A stretch of DNA of 20,000 nt from an uncultured virus (IMG/VR IMGVR_UViG_3300037420_000914). Its lineage: Duplodnaviria > Heunggongvirae > Uroviricota > Caudoviricetes. The notes under the pieces are model-generated. The model worked only from the letters and a program-made list of their open reading frames with translations, was not told the origin of the DNA and ran no database searches. The stretch lies in the IMG/VR virus record IMGVR_UViG_3300037420_000914, one strand, 5' to 3'. Below, in pieces: positions 15,452 through 20,000 of the stretch (within the stretch, counting starts at the first letter, position 1; each line of letters starts with the position of its first letter). Made by a program: the position numbers and the translations under genes.

Positions 15452-16881
15452 ATGAACCCACCGACCGCGCCGAGCCGATGCAGGGGCTGGCGGAATGGCT
15501 GCGTGCGCAGAATCATCGTTACCTGCCCCAGGACATTAGACAGCGCAACGAGCGCTGGGCCTCCGAAGTCGAAGCATCCCGCCAGCGCCCCGCCGCGCCT
15601 AAGTTCGGATGCCACTGCGACCTGGAGAACACGGTTTCCGGTCAGCCCGACGAATGCGTCTTCGACAACGGCGACATCGAAGATTGCATTTACGCGACCC
15701 AGCTTCATCGAGAGGAAAAGGGCAAGACAGACTGCAAATACTGGCAGCCGATCAAGTTCGCCAGTCCCGAGCGCCCCGCCGCGCAAGCCGCGAGCGCATG
15801 GATGCCCATTGAGACTGCGCCGCAAGTAGATGGAGAACCGGTGTTGTTGCTGGTGAATGGCGAAGTCTCTCCCGGCTGTTGGGTGGAGGTGCCTTTCGTG
15901 GAGCACCGCGATGGCGACGGCACATACATCGACCAGACAGACGCCGCAGCGTTCTGGATGTCATACAAAAATGGCGAGTGCGAGCCGACCCACTGGATGC
16001 CGCTTCCCGCTGCACCTGGTTCCGAGGTCGCGCTCAATGACGCCTACGCCGAAGGTCGAGCCGACGAGCGAGAAGACATCGCGCAGATGTGCGCCGATTT
16101 GGTTTGGGAGATGCAGGTGAGTGGAGCGGACCACGCAGCTGTCGCTGCAATTGATGGTCTTGTTGACACGCTGCGAGGCATCAACTCTGCGACGGGAGAG
16201 CCGGTGACGGACGCCGAGATGGCGGAAATTCTGAACCGCTGGGCCGACGCGGCGCAGGAGAAACGACAGGCAGAGGAAAACACAGCAACCGCTTGGGAGT
16301 GGCGCGCGGTCCACCCGCAAACCGGAGACGTCGTCGGGCCATGGATTCGGTGTGGCTCCGCAAAAGCAGCAGCGCGTGCCCGCGCTTGCGGCTACGAAGT
16401 CCGCGCCACTCCCCCAGGAGAGCGCCCCGCCGCACCAGCACAGGATGACGACGACCTGATGTCCTGCTTCGAGGTCAACAGCCTCACCGGCAGCGTCAAC
16501 GGCCAGTTGCAAGACTACTCGCGCCTTGCCGCCGCACCAGCACAGGCAGCGGTGACGGATGAACAGATCGAATCGACGTTCCAAAAGAGCGGAGGCGCAT
16601 GGAATGGTGATCGCTGGGTGATCGAGGACGCGAACCTTCATCCCTTCGCCCGCGCTCTTCTCGCCCAAGCATCCCCAGTACAGCCCTCTGGTGTGGATGC
16701 GCAGTGGGTGGAGAAATTTGACGAACTGGTCTCCGCAGCCGAAGCATGGGGCGCCACCAATGTAGACGATAAGGCAGGGATGCTCGCGTCGGAACTCCGG
16801 CTTTCTAACGCCATTGTCGATTTCCGCGAAGCCAGGCGCACTCACCTGTCCACCGCCCTCAAGGAAGCCAAGCATGTCTGA
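15448..16881 (+). CDS. Large mosaic protein with an internal DUF551-like domain
   Basis: AGGAG SD; WMPIETAP...PTHWMPLP; Cys-rich CHCDL..PDEC module; repeated RPAA linkers. Confidence 0.8.
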   Translation: MNEPTDRAEPMQGLAEWLRAQNHRYLPQDIRQRNERWASEVEASRQRPAAPKFGCHCDLENTVSGQPDECVFDNGDIEDCIYATQLHREEKGKTDCKYWQPIKFASPERPAAQAASAWMPIETAPQVDGEPVLLLVNGEVSPGCWVEVPFVEHRDGDGTYIDQTDAAAFWMSYKNGECEPTHWMPLPAAPGSEVALNDAYAEGRADEREDIAQMCADLVWEMQVSGADHAAVAAIDGLVDTLRGINSATGEPVTDAEMAEILNRWADAAQEKRQAEENTATAWEWRAVHPQTGDVVGPWIRCGSAKAAARARACGYEVRATPPGERPAAPAQDDDDLMSCFEVNSLTGSVNGQLQDYSRLAAAPAQAAVTDEQIESTFQKSGGAWNGDRWVIEDANLHPFARALLAQASPVQPSGVDAQWVEKFDELVSAAEAWGATNVDDKAGMLASELRLSNAIVDFREARRTHLSTALKEAKHV

Positions 16882-17098
16882 AAAATTGAACGCGGGGCAG
16901 AAACACCTGCTGCGCTTGATCGTCAACGGTGCAGATGCTGAAGGCTGGGCGCCTGTGAGCGCCGCCGTAATGCCACTCGTGCAAAGCCAGCTTTCGACCG
17001 AGCTTGTAATCGTCGAAGCTGTCGGCAATGAGGGGCGAGGACGCATGAAGCTCAAGCCGTTCGGCGAGTCCCTGATCGCTGCGATGGAGTGGCTATGA
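16874..17098 (+). CDS. Hypothetical protein
   Basis: AAGGA SD; 74 aa; flanked by 15-bp direct repeats. Confidence 0.7.
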   Translation: MSEKLNAGQKHLLRLIVNGADAEGWAPVSAAVMPLVQSQLSTELVIVEAVGNEGRGRMKLKPFGESLIAAMEWL

Positions 17099-17147
17099 CG
17101 CAGCGCTGCTTGTCCACCGCCCTCACCGGGGCAGCAAAGGAGACGAA

Positions 17148-17458
17148 GTGACGATCCCGCACGATAAATGCAAAGCCTACGTCTCATGCTCTGACGCGGG
17201 CCAGTGTCTTGCATCCTGCGAGAACAGGAAGCGGCAGCAGTCACCGGGGCAGCATCACAGCCCGCGCAGGAGAGCGCCGCCGCAGCGAGGAAAGATGGCC
17301 TGACCGAGCAAGAAGTGCGCAATTTCCTCGCGCAGTTCGACAAGGCCCGCGAGGACTTCAACAACTGGCCCAAGTGGATGCAAGACGCCGCGCGTGTAGC
17401 GGCAGCAACGTTTCCGCGATCCTCGGGCGTGGATTCACCTGACGGAGAACAGCGATGA
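17148..17458 (+). pseudogene. Possibly frameshifted hypothetical gene
   Basis: GTG 17148 with AAGGAG SD reads MTIPHDKCKAYVSCSDAGQCLASC. Plausible coding then continues in the -1 frame (ORF 17204-17458), which ends in an ATGA overlap. Confidence 0.45.
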
Positions 17459-17841
17459 AACCTCTGATCGACCGCATGATTGACCGCTTCCTCGGTTGGA
17501 AGCTGCCCAAGACGTTCCGGCCGGATGCCGGTATCAAGTTCACGCCGTCGAACGGAATGACCCGCGACGAAGCCTTCGATAAGCCGGGCTGGTGGCCCAT
17601 CGGCACGAACCTGCTGACGGCTGACGAAGCAAAGCAGATGCTCCAGCACGTCGCGGCACCGATTGCCGATCACCTGTTTATCGAGGCGCGCGGCGACGGC
17701 AAGTGGCTCGTCTGCGTCGAGAAGGTTCACGACACTGAAGACGAAGCGCGGGCCGCGTGCAGGGCGTGGATCGCATCCACTCGTGGCGTGCCTGACCGTG
17801 TGACGGCCGCTCAACCCGGAGGTAACAACGATGGCCGCTGA
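17455..17841 (+). CDS. Phage hypothetical protein
   Basis: GGAG SD; DRFLGWKLP...PIGTNLLTADEA. Confidence 0.75.
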   Translation: MKPLIDRMIDRFLGWKLPKTFRPDAGIKFTPSNGMTRDEAFDKPGWWPIGTNLLTADEAKQMLQHVAAPIADHLFIEARGDGKWLVCVEKVHDTEDEARAACRAWIASTRGVPDRVTAAQPGGNNDGR

Positions 17842-18031
17842 AACGATCGCACTCCCGCTAGAAGACGCGCAAATGCTGCTGAACTGGATGGAAGAGACGT
17901 TCGGCAACGATGGCGGCGTGGACTGGCTCGATGAGGATGCCGCCGCCGTGGGCGATGCGCTCTACAAGGCCATCGACAACTTCAAGGCGATGCGCGAAGC
18001 CATTGCTGGCGTGCGGGAGAGTGGCAAATGA
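17831..18031 (+). CDS. Hypothetical protein
   Basis: GGAGG SD; coupled. Confidence 0.7.
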   Translation: MAAETIALPLEDAQMLLNWMEETFGNDGGVDWLDEDAAAVGDALYKAIDNFKAMREAIAGVRESGK

Positions 18032-18318
18032 TCTGGCCCTTCAAGAAACGCGAGCCGGCAATTCCCTTCGAGGAATACGCGATGACGTTACCGAAGCCAC
18101 CTTGCGGTGACAGCGTGACCCACTACGAATGGGAGAAGGTCAACGGCATAGTCTGCCCGCTGTGCCACGCCAACCGCAAACGCGAGCAGCAGAACATCGA
18201 GCGTGGGCTACTGGCGGTGGCGATCGTCGCAGAGATGGAGAAGCGCGGCCTTGTGCTGAAAGCCTCCTCTGGCGTGCCGGTCCCTCGCCGCGAGACGCTT
18301 TCCCCCCTCAGACGCTGA
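18028..18318 (+). CDS. Hypothetical protein with CxxC
   Basis: MIWPFKK start; CPLC; ATGA overlap. Confidence 0.7.
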   Translation: MIWPFKKREPAIPFEEYAMTLPKPPCGDSVTHYEWEKVNGIVCPLCHANRKREQQNIERGLLAVAIVAEMEKRGLVLKASSGVPVPRRETLSPLRR

Positions 18319-18342
18319 TGCAGCAGCGAAGAAAGGAACCCC

Positions 18343-18690
18343 ATGAGGCTCGATGAGCTTGAAGCAATCGCACAGGCGGCCACTCCGGGACCGTGGCACT
18401 GGAATTTCGACGCGAAGGGCTATCCCGGCCGCGTGGGCAAGACCGCGCCCTGCGAGCCGGTCGAGCACTGCGGATATGACTCGCACTGCATCGCGCTTAC
18501 CTATGACGGCAACGAGCGATTCGATTCGCGGGCCAACGCCGAGCACATCGCAGCGTTCTCCCCTGCCCGAGTGCTCCCCATGCTGGATGCGCTCAAGAAA
18601 GGCCGGCTCGCCATGAAGGGCGCCAACAAAGAGCACTGGGATGCGTTTCGCACCGCCCTTGCCGCATTCGACGAAATGGAGGGAAAGTAG
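18343..18690 (+). CDS. Ead/Ea22-like phage protein
   Basis: LDELEAIAQAATPGPW...NAEHIAAFSPARVL. Confidence 0.75.
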   Translation: MRLDELEAIAQAATPGPWHWNFDAKGYPGRVGKTAPCEPVEHCGYDSHCIALTYDGNERFDSRANAEHIAAFSPARVLPMLDALKKGRLAMKGANKEHWDAFRTALAAFDEMEGK

Positions 18691-19107
18691 ATGACGATCA
18701 CCGCAAAGGAACTCGCTGCGCTGCTCACCGGCCGCGAGTACGGCAATGAAATCACGAGCGCTGAAGAGGGCCAAGCGAAGGCGGACGGCCTCGTCGTGGT
18801 GTACGGTTACAGCGACGACAACATGGAGTTCGCTGGCGCCATACACGATGAGGTGGGCTGCTATGACGGCGGCACAGCCTACCTGACGCGCGACGGCCTG
18901 CTGCAGAACGAATGCGAGAACGACGACTGCCCGAGCTTCGCGCGACTCAAGGCGTGCGCCGCGACCATTGAGGCGCTGTGGTGCGAAGAGCCCGTTTATT
19001 CGTGGACGTACCGCACCACGATCCCGCACGAGACGTTTGAAATCGTTGAGGACGGAGCGCCCTTCTGCCGTGGCATCGTCTTTTCTCTGGCAGAGGTGCC
19101 GGCATGA
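18691..19107 (+). CDS. Phage hypothetical protein
   Basis: 138 aa; GLVVVYGYSDD...IPHETFEI..FCRGIVF; GGAGG SD. Confidence 0.8.
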   Translation: MTITAKELAALLTGREYGNEITSAEEGQAKADGLVVVYGYSDDNMEFAGAIHDEVGCYDGGTAYLTRDGLLQNECENDDCPSFARLKACAATIEALWCEEPVYSWTYRTTIPHETFEIVEDGAPFCRGIVFSLAEVPA

Positions 19108-19427
19108 CCACATCCCCCGACAAGCTGCTGTCCCTCGCGCGTGAAAGCGGAGGCGCGGTTCACGACATGGGCCGTGGCCTGTACGCCGTCACGTTCGGAG
19201 AAGTGTCGCTGCCGGAATTTGTCGAGCGCATCCGCCTGGACGTGATCGAGAAGTGCGCCAAGGCCTGCGATTCGCGAGCCGAACTGAATGCGGAGGCGCG
19301 CCGCAAACTCGACGGAAGCGAACTCGTCGCCCTCGCCATCGTGGACGGTCGAGTTGCCGAAGCTGGACGCTGCGCCGCTGCCATCCGCTCTATCAGCACC
19401 ACCGAAAGTAAAGGAGGCGGGGCGTGA
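19104..19427 (+). CDS. Hypothetical protein
   Basis: GAGGTG SD; IEKCAKAC...CAAAIRS pattern; coupled. Confidence 0.7.
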   Translation: MTTSPDKLLSLARESGGAVHDMGRGLYAVTFGEVSLPEFVERIRLDVIEKCAKACDSRAELNAEARRKLDGSELVALAIVDGRVAEAGRCAAAIRSISTTESKGGGA

Positions 19428-19843
19428 GGCTAACCAAAGCTCAGCGCAAGTACGTCTTCGGCAAGTTCGGAGGTCGATGTGCGTACTGCGGCGCAGAACT
19501 CGGCGACCGCTGGCACGCCGACCACATCGAACCGGTGGAGCGAAAGCTGGAATTCGTTCGGGATGGTTCCAGCGCACGGCTTCGCACAACAGGCGAGGTG
19601 CATCGCCCAGAGCGCGATTGCATCGACAACATAAACCCCGCCTGCGCGCCGTGCAACATCGACAAGCACGCTATGCCGCTGGAAGCGTGGCGCAAGAAGC
19701 TGCAGCAGGCGCCGGACGTTTTGAAGCGCAATCAACCGACTTATCGGCACGCGTTGCGCTTCGGTCTCGTGGCTGAAACGCAAGCATCGATCACCTTCTA
19801 CTTTGAGCGCATCGCCGCTGAAATCGCAAAGGCCAATCCATGA
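19424..19843 (+). CDS. HNH endonuclease
   Basis: GRCAYCG, HADHIEP, NINPACAPCNIDK. Confidence 0.9.
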   Translation: MRLTKAQRKYVFGKFGGRCAYCGAELGDRWHADHIEPVERKLEFVRDGSSARLRTTGEVHRPERDCIDNINPACAPCNIDKHAMPLEAWRKKLQQAPDVLKRNQPTYRHALRFGLVAETQASITFYFERIAAEIAKANP

Positions 19844-20000
19844 CACCCACTGATGCACAGCGAGAGGGGATTACACCATGCCCATTCTGCGGAGGGCACG
19901 CCTCTGTCGATGAGGACACGCCGCTGATGGTGACGGTGGAATGCGATGACTGTATGGTGACCACTTGGACTTATGGCGATGCACACGAAGCCATCGCCGC
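19840..20000 (+). CDS. Lar-family (restriction alleviation-like) protein, partial at window end
   Basis: Read by hand: MTPTDAQREGITPCPFCGG...VECDDC...EAIA; ATGA overlap. Confidence 0.7.
   Translation, partial: MTPTDAQREGITPCPFCGGHASVDEDTPLMVTVECDDCMVTTWTYGDAHEAIA

Larger units (their letters stand above)
1..20000. mobile_element. Lambdoid temperate phage/prophage early region (replication, immunity, recombination/accessory arms)
   Basis: Divergent cro/cI-like HTH genes; replication genes on one side; SSB, Gp157, AAA ATPase, MTases, HNH and Lar-like genes on the other; pervasive ATGA/TGATG gene overlaps. Confidence 0.93.

Noticed and set aside
15961..17907. 648-aa minus-strand ORF
   Set aside because: Codon-aligned antisense shadow of genes 15448-16881 and 17455-17841. 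This is expected in GC-rich genes that rarely use TCA/TTA/CTA, and no motifs were recognised
19424..19843. HNH protein as the cognate restriction enzyme of the MTases
   Set aside because: About 5 kb from the nearest MTase and resembles common stand-alone phage HNH proteins; nothing links them
1..20000. CRISPR array, tRNA, integrase/att site, reverse transcriptase or DGR
   Set aside because: No regularly spaced repeat-spacer units, cloverleaf, recombinase or RT motifs, or adenine-variable long repeat pair were found by eye

Overview
GC-rich early/immunity region of a lambdoid temperate phage or prophage. The host is probably a Burkholderiales betaproteobacterium, judged from the SSB sequence. 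Left arm (minus strand, from a PR-like promoter): cro, small ORFs, a cII-like gene, a replication initiator with an internal iteron-like origin, an unknown 156-aa ORF and a primase-less SF4 (T7 gp4/Twinkle-like) helicase. Centre: a short cI-like repressor with no S24 peptidase domain, one accessory ORF and a terminator, bracketed by two near-identical inverted operator/promoter blocks. A textbook TTGC-N6-TTGC CII-type site lies just upstream of the cII-like gene. Right arm (plus strand, from a PL-like promoter): about 35 tightly coupled genes, including mosaic hypotheticals, a beta-class amino-MTase, a Sak4-like ATPase, SSB, Gp157, a C5-MTase, DUF551/Ea22-like proteins, an HNH protein and a Lar-like protein cut off by the window end. 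The most notable feature is the C5-MTase: its missing motif IX is encoded by a fully nested +1-frame gene (M.EcoHK31I-type architecture) that carries three tandem repeat units. Short repeated linkers also appear to delimit shuffled coding cassettes. All family assignments come from motif recognition by eye, with no database searches.
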